Below, one piece after another: positions 1 to 9,393 of a stretch of 53,536 nucleotides of DNA. A program made the translations under genes and the position numbers. Numbering within the stretch: position 1 is the stretch's first letter; each line of letters starts with the position of its first letter. The DNA is from a bacterium (lineage in GTDB: Bacteria; SZUA-182; DTGQ01; JAFGSM01). The stretch is from the NCBI GenBank assembly GCA_049472355.1, contig JBLIRP010000014.1:1-53536 (forward strand), written 5' to 3'. The notes under the pieces were generated by a model. It saw nothing but the letters and a program-made list of their open reading frames with translations, made no database searches and was not told the DNA's origin.

Positions 1-815
1 TCTTTTTCCCATAAACGTGTCATGACCAACTGCAGGAACGGCGCCTCGATCTGATCATGCCTCTTTGCACCTTTTGCCTTGCCGCTGCCTGCCGTATCGG
101 CAACCTGCACCTGGCCGAGAAGTGCGTTGACAAGTTCATCCTCAATGGATACGGCCTCGTCCTTGTTGGTAAGGCGATCGTTGTAAACCTCCAGGGGTTT
201 GCGTATCGCATCTTCCGCAGCCTTAAGATCCATGTGGTGCAGCGGCAAGAGGTTGCTCAACAGTGTCGGGATACGGGATTTGAAGCGATCGAGCTTTGCC
301 AGCGAATCTTCCCGCAATGCCAGGAGGAAATTGGTATCGATTTCCTCTCGGTTGACGGCCCTCGCAAATTCAGCTTCGAACGATGCTTGCGCGGTCGGGT
401 ACAAGAAATACTCTTCGAACTGATCGAAGATGATGAGAAGCGTGCCTTGAAAACGCTGCGTAGCAGCAGAAAGAAATTCATCAAACGGCACGCTTGGCTC
501 CACATCGAGGGGCTTTTGCTGGGCAGCCTCGATAGCGGCAACACATTCGGCCTTGAGCAAATCGGCAAAGGTTTCGTCTTGCCAGTGGCGGAAAACAACC
601 ACTGCCGTGCGGGGTTCATCTCGCAGCTTGGGAACGACCCCGGCCAGCAGAACGGATGTTTTCCCAACCCCGCTTGCACCGTAAAGCACCGTAAGAGAAG
701 CTGCATACAAGTTTGAAATAATGATCCGCTGTTCGCGACCCCGCCCGAAAAAATAATCCCGGTCCTCTTCAGTAAATGGCTCTATGCCTACGAATGGACA
801 AAAATCCTGGGGCAT
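1..815 (-). CDS. nSTAND1-type STAND NTPase (NLR-like), 5' part only; runs off window edge
   Basis: Not in the ORF track; translated by hand from ATG at 815 (in-frame GTG at 821): MPQDFCPFVGIEPFTEEDRDYFFGR, Walker A LYGASGVGKTS, Walker B LLIIFDQFEEYF, then LALRED and IEAPFLQLVMTRLWE. Start lies just after the SIR2 stop codon. Confidence 0.9.
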   Translation of the reverse strand, partial: MPQDFCPFVGIEPFTEEDRDYFFGRGREQRIIISNLYAASLTVLYGASGVGKTSVLLAGVVPKLRDEPRTAVVVFRHWQDETFADLLKAECVAAIEAAQQKPLDVEPSVPFDEFLSAATQRFQGTLLIIFDQFEEYFLYPTAQASFEAEFARAVNREEIDTNFLLALREDSLAKLDRFKSRIPTLLSNLLPLHHMDLKAAEDAIRKPLEVYNDRLTNKDEAVSIEDELVNALLGQVQVADTAGSGKAKGAKRHDQIEAPFLQLVMTRLWEK

Positions 816-822
816 TGACACG

Positions 823-1743
823 TCAACACCTCATCCTGTCGCGAATTTTATGGACGAATTCCTCGATCGTTACATCAAAAATAGTCACATTACGCTTTTC
901 CCAGAGTTTACGATCCAGTTCTGACGGGTTGTGCTGTATGGCCCAAGAAGGAAAAGGGTCTTCACCATTTTGACAGGAAAAATATTTACTGAGATTTTTC
1001 AACACCACTCGGAGGTTCCAGTCCCGCAGGCTGTAGCCGAGAAAAAGAAAGCTGCGCTGACGAAAGTGGGGATAAAAGAGGTGCGGAATCGCCTGCCGCA
1101 TTGTCATGCGGGAAAGAAATTCCACATAGTCTTCTTCAGTAATAACGTAATTGTCGAAATCCACGCTATCTCTGAGGGTGGAACCGTGCATCTTAAAAAT
1201 GACGGTGGTATGTTCGAGGTCAATATCAAGATCATTGGGGGCAAATTCCTGTGGCTCATCCTTCCCGTATTGCTGCCAGATAACAGACCCGGCAATATCT
1301 TTACGGTCGGATGGATAAATCACCAGATCAAAGGGCCTGTTGGCCGCCCGAAATGCCTCCTCCAGCAATGTGTCATAGTTGGTAACGACGATGACCATGG
1401 GGCAGGGTACCTCGGCCAGGAATTGATGTAATGCGCCGTGCCGGTAATTACGGTTAAAGACCTCGTGCAGCCTTTCCCGCAGGCAGCATCGCCCGGCAAT
1501 ATCGACATAGTACGAGGAGACCTTGGAAAGATCCTCTCGGTCGTTTGGAATGTCGGAGGGAAACTCGGCCTCCAAGGCAAGAAAATTGGCAAGCTCTTGA
1601 CCACTGGGCAGGAACTCGTCTTCCGGCTTCAGCCACTTTGCCGAATCTTGGCGTCCAACAAAGGACGCACCTGCCCCAAGAAACGGCACTACCTTGCCAC
1701 ACTTTAACCGGTTCCAGATAATGCCATACGGAGGTTCAGCCAT
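823..1743 (-). CDS. Stand-alone SIR2-like (SIR2_2) protein, putative NADase
   Basis: Motifs VPFLGAGAS, VTNYDTLLE, FKMHGS, YVITEEDY, FLFLGYSLRDWNL. Confidence 0.9.
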   Translation of the reverse strand: MAEPPYGIIWNRLKCGKVVPFLGAGASFVGRQDSAKWLKPEDEFLPSGQELANFLALEAEFPSDIPNDREDLSKVSSYYVDIAGRCCLRERLHEVFNRNYRHGALHQFLAEVPCPMVIVVTNYDTLLEEAFRAANRPFDLVIYPSDRKDIAGSVIWQQYGKDEPQEFAPNDLDIDLEHTTVIFKMHGSTLRDSVDFDNYVITEEDYVEFLSRMTMRQAIPHLFYPHFRQRSFLFLGYSLRDWNLRVVLKNLSKYFSCQNGEDPFPSWAIQHNPSELDRKLWEKRNVTIFDVTIEEFVHKIRDRMRC

Positions 1744-2382
1744 TTACGAGGACCTCCTTGCAAGCACATCAAGGGTAAGATGTAAAAGCTCGTCCGGACG
1801 GTTCGTCAAACCGAAGGTGCCGGCGGGAACGCCTTTTTTTTCGTCAATGACCCCTAAATAAAAAATAAGCGGGGTCCTGTTCCCTTTTTCCCTTAGCTTC
1901 ACAAGAAAATCAAGACCTGCGGTTGGGCAATCATCCCGTGCCATATCTGAAATCACAAGATCATAGTCTGCCTTGTTAAGAATTTTTAAGGCATCTTCGG
2001 TGCTCTTGCTTAAATCGATTACCGCTCCCAACTGCTGGAACATTTGTCGCTCATTAAGATTGTTTTCTGGAAAGTCGTCGACCCAGAGAAATTTTGTCCC
2101 CCTGAAGAGCTCTTGATTTTTTTTGGCTCTTTTAATAGCCTTTTCTTTCTCTTCACGAGGTATGTCAATTTTCCATTGTGGTGATTTTTCTGCCAATTTG
2201 ATTGCAGCATCAAGGGAATCTTTAATAAATGAGAGCTTAATGTTTCCGGCTTCCAAACAGCTTAATTTCGGAAGAAGTTCATCTCTGATTGGACGATAGA
2301 AGACTACAAAAATGATTACCACGAAAAAAAACCAGAGAAAGGATGGCAGTATTTTGATAAATTCCTGCAGAATATTTGTCAT
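1744..2382 (-). CDS. Membrane-anchored response-regulator receiver-domain protein
   Basis: N-terminal TM helix (FLWFFFVVIIFVVFY); C-terminal REC motifs LWVDD and YDLVISDM; ATG at 2382 follows a GGAGA RBS. Confidence 0.8.
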   Translation of the reverse strand: MTNILQEFIKILPSFLWFFFVVIIFVVFYRPIRDELLPKLSCLEAGNIKLSFIKDSLDAAIKLAEKSPQWKIDIPREEKEKAIKRAKKNQELFRGTKFLWVDDFPENNLNERQMFQQLGAVIDLSKSTEDALKILNKADYDLVISDMARDDCPTAGLDFLVKLREKGNRTPLIFYLGVIDEKKGVPAGTFGLTNRPDELLHLTLDVLARRSS

Positions 2383-2460
2383 AGATATCTCTCCAATAGC
2401 CAAAGACCCTTCTCAGTACTAATCAGGCCGCAAATACTAATCAATGATTGCAATGATCAA

Positions 2461-3429
2461 TCACTTGTTCTCTACCCTTTTCAGTCCGATCCCGTATTGT
2501 TGCTCGATGGTGTAATCGATGCCGTGGACAGTACCTCCGCCATTTGCACAGCACAGCTTTCTCGCCCTTACATCCTCGACCCAGCGCGGATTTGATGCCT
2601 CAGCCCGCAGGTTTGCGACTATCCTCATCTTGCTGATCTCCAATTCTTCCTCCGATACACTGCCCGGCAGATGCCCAAAGGCAGAAAGAATTTGCCTTTT
2701 TACGAGACTCCTGATGCTCCCGTTCTGGACCTTTATATCGAACATCAGAGCCGCAGCGCGCTCTGACCAGAGGTCATACTCTGAGCACAGTTTCAACGCT
2801 GCCCGGTACAGCCCTTCGGCATATTTGAGCTGCGTATTCTGGAATTCCTCGGTCCTGCCAAGGGATTTGAACATGCCCCTCCACGGCTCAAAGAGGAAAT
2901 GTCTCACCGGATGCTGAATCGATCTCACAAACACCATCAGATCCTCTTTATCGGAATTCAATGCTTCCTCAAGGATGTCATAATGCCTTTGAAAGATATC
3001 CTTCAGAATGTCCGGGTGTGCCTTCATCATATCCCCAAGGAGAGCCTGAAGAGAATCCTGGCCGAAATTCCACTGGAGCACGCCGAAGCTCATGCCCTGC
3101 CCATCGAAGTCACCACTCAAACCGGCAAAGCACTCTGGAATACCTTTCCCCGTTTCAAAAGAGCCTGTCAGGGCAAGGCATTTGTAGTTAAGGGGTTTTG
3201 CAGCAATTGACGGTTCGGGGATCTCACTCTTAAACAGGATTTTCCATGTTGACGGACCAACAAGGCCGTCTATTGCAAGTCCCTTCTCCTTCTGGAAGGC
3301 CTTGACCGCAGCGTCGGTGCCGCCTCCGAAATCCCCGTCAATGGGGCCTTTATAAATGCCTAATGCCTTAAGCCTCTCCTGAAGCCTCTTTACCTCATCC
3401 CCTCTTGATCCTATTCTATAGATAGCCAT
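2461..3429 (-). CDS. Peptidoglycan-binding domain plus lysozyme-like hydrolase (endolysin-like)
   Basis: PG_binding_1 pattern GDEVKRLQERL..DGDFGGGTDAAVKAFQ..DGLVGPSTW; lysozyme-like FETG..GDFDGQGMSFGVLQWN; no signal peptide. Confidence 0.8.
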   Translation of the reverse strand: MAIYRIGSRGDEVKRLQERLKALGIYKGPIDGDFGGGTDAAVKAFQKEKGLAIDGLVGPSTWKILFKSEIPEPSIAAKPLNYKCLALTGSFETGKGIPECFAGLSGDFDGQGMSFGVLQWNFGQDSLQALLGDMMKAHPDILKDIFQRHYDILEEALNSDKEDLMVFVRSIQHPVRHFLFEPWRGMFKSLGRTEEFQNTQLKYAEGLYRAALKLCSEYDLWSERAAALMFDIKVQNGSIRSLVKRQILSAFGHLPGSVSEEELEISKMRIVANLRAEASNPRWVEDVRARKLCCANGGGTVHGIDYTIEQQYGIGLKRVENK

Positions 3430-4051
3430 GTCATCCTCCCAATCTTGTTGTTACAATCCCGTGGCCAATAACGATATGCACCATCTCGGAAACTATCTTG
3501 TCTATCTTCATTTCAGAGTATTTTTACTATGCAGTTGACCTAAAGAACCGATCAAAACTGACATCCTTTCAAGGACTAAGGTAAGTACGCTCGGATCAAT
3601 CAAAGGAGGACCCAAGAATGGAAATAAGGCAATAACGGGTATCACTGGTTCAAAATATGATGGATCATTTGGCTCGTTCGGTTGAGTTATGAAGGGCACG
3701 TCAATTGAGGAATCTTTTTCTGTCCTATGAACCAATAAAGAGGATCCTCTCTCCTCACCTTCTGACAAAATCTCATCCTAAGGTCCACTCAAAAAATCCT
3801 CCTCATCGCTCTATTGAACGTCTCTTCAAAAAAGGGGCTCCGCGGCTCATGAATCCTGCTGACGACCACCAACCGCATTGCCATGCCTTATAATCTGGCA
3901 TAATTGAAAATTAGAGCATGCAGAAGAAGGTCTGTTCTCAGGGCAAATAGCTTCCTATGCATGCTCCATATATATTTCGTTTTTTCAAGTCCTACGAGAG
4001 AAGGTCATTCCGTTTCAAGAAAACGGATTCACAAGACTGACTGAATTGTGA

Positions 4052-4372
4052 TCACTCCTGCAGGATGCGGTCGATCTCATCCTGGCTAATCCCTTTTTCA
4101 GCAAGGAGCTCACTGGGCTTCTTAACGAAGAGCTCGTCAAGGTTAATCGTATCAGGGTCAAGGTTGCTGTTTAAGACACCAATGACCGCCCCGAGAACAT
4201 TTGTGACAACCATTGCCCCTTTCTTTACGTCTGAGCCTACCTTATCGGAGGTTGCAGTCGCCGCCCCCAACTTCCTTACAACGGTCAATACATTAACCAA
4301 TCCCTTATTGCCGGACTCTCTCTTGAGTAGTCCCTTAAGCTCGTTGGCAATATCTTTAAGCTCATTGCTCAT
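4052..4372 (-). CDS. Small helical hypothetical protein
   Basis: AGGAGG RBS; operonic with the upstream lipoprotein. Confidence 0.7.
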   Translation of the reverse strand: MSNELKDIANELKGLLKRESGNKGLVNVLTVVRKLGAATATSDKVGSDVKKGAMVVTNVLGAVIGVLNSNLDPDTINLDELFVKKPSELLAEKGISQDEIDRILQE

Positions 4373-4390
4373 TGCTATACCTCCTTTTCT

Positions 4391-4831
4391 TTAGCGTAGT
4401 CCGCCCGGGATGTTGAGATTCAGTTCCTTTCCCAAATCAATGGCCATGTTGATGAGCCGCAAGAGTTGATTCTCCAGCATTGCGGTGTCTTGGGGCTCCG
4501 ATTTTGTTGCCTCCCATGTCTTCAGGGACTGTACAAAAAGATTGTGCGTCGTTGCATACATTTCAAGGATCTTATTCACCTCGTTCAGGGTCTTGAGTCG
4601 TTCCCGATCCTCGTCGGTTATCGTCCCGGCTCGATGTTTTTCCACGATAACTGCGATCTCATCAGTAACCTGGGGCGCCAGCGAATTATACACGGTATTA
4701 CTGGCAGAGGCTGCCTGCTTTGATCTTTTTAAGAAATCCATTGTTGATATCGTGGCACAGGCCGTGAGAAACATGATGCACACGATGAAAATGACGCAAC
4801 TGCGAATCCGGTGATACCATTCCTTTTGCAT
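4391..4831 (-). CDS. Lipoprotein, alpha-helical
   Basis: Hydrophobic signal ending in lipobox LTA-C; AGGAGG RBS. Confidence 0.75.
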   Translation of the reverse strand: MQKEWYHRIRSCVIFIVCIMFLTACATISTMDFLKRSKQAASASNTVYNSLAPQVTDEIAVIVEKHRAGTITDEDRERLKTLNEVNKILEMYATTHNLFVQSLKTWEATKSEPQDTAMLENQLLRLINMAIDLGKELNLNIPGGLR

Positions 4832-4931
4832 GGCCTTTTCCTCCTTTTTTACGTTTCAGCCCCGAGATATGCGATACCTCGGCAATTATTTAAGGGGGGG
4901 TCACATCCATATTTCCCTATAAGTTGTTGCT

Positions 4932-5306
4932 TCAGCTTCCGAAGCTTCTCGTCACAAGCGGAAATACAATGATCGTACAGAGAATCAATAGGGCCGAGCC
5001 AATGAGGGTGTCATACCCTTCAATAGTGGCAAAGGGGCCTCCCATTGCCAGAACCCAGATGACAAAGGACAGGGCGGCAATGATATTCTGCCTGATCATT
5101 CTCACCTTTTGGACAAATATCAGCCATAAGGGGGTGGCGCAAACCAACAATCCGAAGGTAATCCACAGGGGAATACGAATATCAAAACCCAAGGTCTTCG
5201 ATTTGAATAGTCCCTCCAATGCAAGGTAGGTTGCAATCACTTCGGAGGGAATGTTTTTCAGAAGTCTTGACATGTAGCCATCATCGGTGTTTATTTCTCG
5301 TGACAT
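4932..5306 (-). CDS. Small integral membrane protein (about 4 TM)
   Basis: Four hydrophobic segments; starts 6 nt after the Pvc16-like gene. Confidence 0.75.
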   Translation of the reverse strand: MSREINTDDGYMSRLLKNIPSEVIATYLALEGLFKSKTLGFDIRIPLWITFGLLVCATPLWLIFVQKVRMIRQNIIAALSFVIWVLAMGGPFATIEGYDTLIGSALLILCTIIVFPLVTRSFGS

Positions 5307-5312
5307 TTTTTC

Positions 5313-5882
5313 TTACCTCCCATGAATGATTGGAACTTCATGAAGTCTAATGTCCCTTTCCCGCACAATCTCCACCTTCCTCTCCCTCTTCGATTCGATA
5401 CGGGCCACCTGCACACAGTAGCTTATCGAGAGGTGGTATGGTCTGCGGAGTGCCCTCCATATCTTGAAGAGGTCTTCAATCGAAAGCGGTTCGAGAACAA
5501 TCCTCAATTGATGGGATTGTTGCGCTCCGACAGACAGCTCCTGATTTGAATAGTCATGAAAGATCCTCATCGTCTCTGTCAGGATTCGATGCGCATCCCT
5601 TTGCTCTTTGGCGTAAGGGGTGATCAGGTAATGGAGATTGAGAAAAAGGGGAGGATAGCGAAGGAGATTGTTCTCTTCCCTGATCCATGGTTGATTACGC
5701 AATTCAGCATTCTCTGAAATCCTATAAAGGAAGAGATTGATTCCCTGGGAATCATTTTCCATCTCTTCGGTAGGGGCCTTGAGGGTTACAGAGAATCTCC
5801 CTGAGGGGAGCTTGTCAATTTCCCCCTCCAGTAATGACACCAGGGTTATACTGATTGTCTCAATTACAGCACCATCATTCAT
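5313..5882 (-). CDS. CIS tail terminator/cap, Pvc16/Afp16-like (DUF4255)
   Basis: INLFLYRISENAELRN..PPLFLNLHYLITPY..LSIEDLFKIWRAL..PYHLSISYCV. Confidence 0.9.
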   Translation of the reverse strand: MNDGAVIETISITLVSLLEGEIDKLPSGRFSVTLKAPTEEMENDSQGINLFLYRISENAELRNQPWIREENNLLRYPPLFLNLHYLITPYAKEQRDAHRILTETMRIFHDYSNQELSVGAQQSHQLRIVLEPLSIEDLFKIWRALRRPYHLSISYCVQVARIESKRERKVEIVRERDIRLHEVPIIHGR

Positions 5883-6036
5883 AGATACACCATGAAATAA
5901 TTGAATAAATTAGTTTTTCTAATGTTGACTTCGTACGATCTCCCACATTCCCCCCTTTCCTGTAAGTTGCATTCACTGCGAATTGATGTTCCGGTGTCTT
6001 ACAAAATGTCTCTGAGGGAGACCTTCGCATATGCCA

Positions 6037-7059
6037 TTAGATCGCCGTGGATACCAAACCCCGGATCGCTCCGATGAGAATATAGATCGACCAGATGATG
6101 ACAATAATAGCTATGATAATGCCGATAACAGCGTCGGCTATGCTTGCAGCAAGTAGATACTTCGCGATAGGGAGGACAATCGTGATGATAATGCTCGTCA
6201 AGAATCCACAGAGAACAAAAAGGGTAAATGATTTGATCCGGATTATATGGCTCCCCCCTATCCAGATGAGAATGGCCGCCACGATCTTACACGTCAGACC
6301 TGTTCCTGCCAGGCTCACCACCCTTCCCGTCGGGAACGGAAACTCAAAGATAATGGGGTAAAGGAAGGCGAAAAACGAGAACAATAATATAAAAATAATG
6401 GTTAGTTTCAGAATTGCCTTTACGATCACAACGATCGAGACAAGGATAACGATCACCGCATTAATGATGCTTGCGATCATCCCGGCCCTCTGGATAGATG
6501 CCTTGGATACCGTCATTCCAACAAGGCTGATCAAAATGGAGAAGAAGATAATCCAGATAAAGAGGCCATCGGACTCAAGGCTGAATCCGGGTGGCTTTTC
6601 ACCTTTTGCATCAAGTTTTCCTTCATTCTTTGCCTTTCCAATACCCCCTTGAATACGTTCCCACTTCGCTGTAAGAACCTTGTCCTTGGCCTCCTCAATC
6701 ATCTTTTGCTCAGAGGATGAAAAATTTATTTCAACCACAATTGGTCCACTCTCACTATCTCCCTCTTCATCGCTGGGCTCTATCGTAAAGCCGAAAATCT
6801 CGAAATTTTCCTTTTTCTCCTCTATCGTTATGGTAAAGAGAGGGAATTGCTTCCCTGTTTTGACTGCTCTTTCAACCTCATCCTTAACATCCTCCCAATA
6901 TGACTTTTCAAATTCCTCTTTAGCCTTGGCCGCCATCTCCTGGAAGTTCGGTACAGGACCTCCGAACTCAATCCCGAAACCGATAAGGAGAAAAACCAAA
7001 GCAACGATGACAAAGGATTTCTTGAGGGGCTTTACTGTGGGTATTGTTACGGGACTCAT
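6037..7059 (-). CDS. Polytopic membrane protein (1 TM, soluble loop, then about 5-6 TM) inside the CIS locus
   Basis: Hydropathy pattern of the translation; ATG at 7059 (track TTG at 7065). Confidence 0.8.
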   Translation of the reverse strand: MSPVTIPTVKPLKKSFVIVALVFLLIGFGIEFGGPVPNFQEMAAKAKEEFEKSYWEDVKDEVERAVKTGKQFPLFTITIEEKKENFEIFGFTIEPSDEEGDSESGPIVVEINFSSSEQKMIEEAKDKVLTAKWERIQGGIGKAKNEGKLDAKGEKPPGFSLESDGLFIWIIFFSILISLVGMTVSKASIQRAGMIASIINAVIVILVSIVVIVKAILKLTIIFILLFSFFAFLYPIIFEFPFPTGRVVSLAGTGLTCKIVAAILIWIGGSHIIRIKSFTLFVLCGFLTSIIITIVLPIAKYLLAASIADAVIGIIIAIIVIIWSIYILIGAIRGLVSTAI

Positions 7060-7307
7060 AAGCAAATTGCCTTAAGAAGATGTTAAGGCACAAGAATCCA
7101 TGCCGATCCTGTGCTTTGGAGAAGATACCGGCAACGACCTTGATTTTTCGCATTGCGTCATCAGAAAACAAGGTGCCTATAATTATTAAATATATTCAAG
7201 CTATTAAAAAGATTTCTGCCATATATACTACTTTGTCAAATAGTAATCGACCTCCATTTATATAATATTAATCCATATCAACAATATGAATTTCAATAAA
7301 AAAACTT

Positions 7308-7751
7308 CTATACAAGAAAGACAATACCCACAATACCCAAAGCAACTCCTCCGACCATGAAAAAGATAATTCCAACCAAGTATCCCACATTATTTCTCTT
7401 CATGACAATATACTCAACCAACATAATAATAGTTGCTACTATAAAAACTATCCCGATTATCAAAAGGCCTAATCCCTTGCTCTTATCCTTTTTTGGTGGG
7501 GCATTAAATCTTTCCGGCCTTTTGCTCACATAATCCTTATCTATTGCATTGTTTTGGATTGAAAAAAATAATCCAGCACTATTTACAACTTCTGTTCTTT
7601 CTGCAGATATAAAATTATCAATAATAATCTGTGGCCGAACAGATTTATAAAGATTATGGATTTCTTGAGAATATACTATGCTTGAGATAACTCCTATAGC
7701 AATAATCAATGTAAGTATTATTAAAATGCTCTTGAAAAATATTCTATTCAT
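7308..7751 (-). CDS. AT-rich membrane protein (signal/TM plus two C-terminal TM)
   Basis: GGGAGG RBS; three hydrophobic segments. Confidence 0.7.
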   Translation of the reverse strand: MNRIFFKSILIILTLIIAIGVISSIVYSQEIHNLYKSVRPQIIIDNFISAERTEVVNSAGLFFSIQNNAIDKDYVSKRPERFNAPPKKDKSKGLGLLIIGIVFIVATIIMLVEYIVMKRNNVGYLVGIIFFMVGGVALGIVGIVFLV

Positions 7752-7896
7752 TTAATCCTCCCTTCCATATCTAAAAAAATATGTAAAGATTACTAATAAC
7801 TACTGCAATTACGCATACGTACTTCCTTGAATAATGTAAAAATACCAGGGCAGAGAAATAAAAAAACACAACAAGAATGCAAAAAGAATGATAGGC

Positions 7897-8004
7897 TTAT
7901 TCATCCTTTTTAAAGGGTTTTTTGATAAATCCTATAAACATACAGATACCAAAAATCCCTAATAATACCCCAACGATTATCCCAATAATCTCTAATGCCT
8001 TCAT
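7897..8004 (-). CDS. 35-aa single-TM peptide
   Basis: Hand translation MKALEIIGIIVGVLLGIFGICMFIGFIKKPFKKDE; G-rich RBS just upstream; below the ORF-track size cutoff. Confidence 0.55.
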   Translation of the reverse strand: MKALEIIGIIVGVLLGIFGICMFIGFIKKPFKKDE

Positions 8005-8096
8005 GATCCCCCCCCTATTGAAGCCTATTTGCCTATATCTGATCGCGGCCTAAATGGTTAATAAGCCCTTAGTGTTTCAAGAAATAGGCACAAGTA

Positions 8097-8750
8097 TCAT
8101 GGATTGCCCGATGCATAGGCCCACAGCTCAAAGAGATTCGCATAGTAAATCCATCCGAAGAACCCGCTGACAACGGACCTGGATGAAGGGCGGAAATATG
8201 GTTTTTCTCGCCCCTTGATGAGCCATAGAAGGCCACCTATGGTAAAGGTCCAGAGCAGTTGAATAACGAAGTTCACGACATAGTTGACACCGAATATAAT
8301 AAGATAGAGAGGGCCGAATATGCGGGCCTGCAACAAGTGCATCCGCTCATGCTGCCCGGCCCCACCGATATTGATGGTCCCGAGCGTCTGGGCAAACCCC
8401 ATGCTTCGTGTCGGCATGTAGACGATCCATCCGGAATCCCTGCTTCTGCTTCTTGAAATGTCGCCTAAGAAGGGATACACCAGGTTTCCAACGATGAACC
8501 CGAAGACCGTGTTAAGGAGACTCCATGTCATATCCACGAATACCTCCAACCACCCCTTGAAGGCTGAAAGATTGTATATGACAAGGATGCCTGCCTGAAG
8601 CCCGTATAAAAGCCCAAGAATCGCTCCGCCGATCACCATCCACATGGTGGGCGCCAGCCCTCCGAGTGGTAAACTCACAAGGAATAATGTCAGCGCTGCA
8701 AAACCTATTGAAAAAATAATTATTAAAGATCCCTTGACCCATCCCGGCAT
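8097..8750 (-). CDS. Membrane protein with HExxH metallopeptidase-like motif
   Basis: TM helices, then HERMHLLQARIFGPLY and a distal YYANLFELWAY. Confidence 0.75.
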   Translation of the reverse strand: MPGWVKGSLIIIFSIGFAALTLFLVSLPLGGLAPTMWMVIGGAILGLLYGLQAGILVIYNLSAFKGWLEVFVDMTWSLLNTVFGFIVGNLVYPFLGDISRSRSRDSGWIVYMPTRSMGFAQTLGTINIGGAGQHERMHLLQARIFGPLYLIIFGVNYVVNFVIQLLWTFTIGGLLWLIKGREKPYFRPSSRSVVSGFFGWIYYANLFELWAYASGNP

Positions 8751-8770
8751 AGACGTATCGCCCCCCTTTC

Positions 8771-9070
8771 TTAGTCCCCGATTAAAACGGTAAAATCAGC
8801 ACCTGCGATCGGATCCGGCCCCCCGGTTGTTTCGATGATCTTTTCACCGATCCTGGTTGCTGGAAAGCCATTGATGAAGACAGAGCGGCTCCCGCCGTCC
8901 ACAACCCCTCCGCCATGGGGATTTGGTGTCGCTAAGGGACAAATATGAAGGTCTTTGCCCGCCCTCCAGGCAGGTCTCCCGCCAATGATGACATTCGGGC
9001 TCCCCGGGCCGGGTTGCAGAGCCCCCCCGTGCGCAGTTGTATCCCCTAACCGTGCCGTTGGCCTTCCCAT
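8771..9070 (-). CDS. PAAR spike-tip protein
   Basis: PTARLGDTTAHGG, GGRPAWR, H-x-C...H metal ligands, VFINGFPATRIG, VLIG end. Confidence 0.95.
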   Translation of the reverse strand: MGRPTARLGDTTAHGGALQPGPGSPNVIIGGRPAWRAGKDLHICPLATPNPHGGGVVDGGSRSVFINGFPATRIGEKIIETTGGPDPIAGADFTVLIGD

Positions 9071-9393
9071 CCTTCAGCACCTCCCAGGCATATTCAGGTA
9101 CCTTATATATGGCTGCATCGGTTCATTAGAGCAGAACTATGGTAAACGCCCTGGATAACTTGTCATGATCCTAAATCATTGCAAGCGCAAACAAAGCAAT
9201 CCTATTTTGAGATTTTTCGTTCTTTCGCCATCACAATGACAACCTACTTTTGGCGTTCACCATACTATTTATTGAACACTCAACCTCCTCATTCATGGCA
9301 GTATGTTATGAAATTTACAGCATCGTAGTGCAAGGTTGTTTTTCGACAATGGTTATGCATCATTCCGTACAAATAGAATTCCACTTCAACGTT

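Noticed and set aside
57..716. 219-aa plus-strand ORF and other short ORFs here
   Set aside because: Shadows of the minus-strand STAND gene, which carries clear Walker motifs.
3508..3768. 86-aa ORF between the lipoprotein operon and the hydrolase
   Set aside because: TTG start, no recognisable motif; could be a remnant but cannot be supported.
3914..3966. Imperfect inverted repeat GAGCATGCA...TGCATGCTC
   Set aside because: Large loop and no U-tract; not enough to call a terminator or ncRNA.
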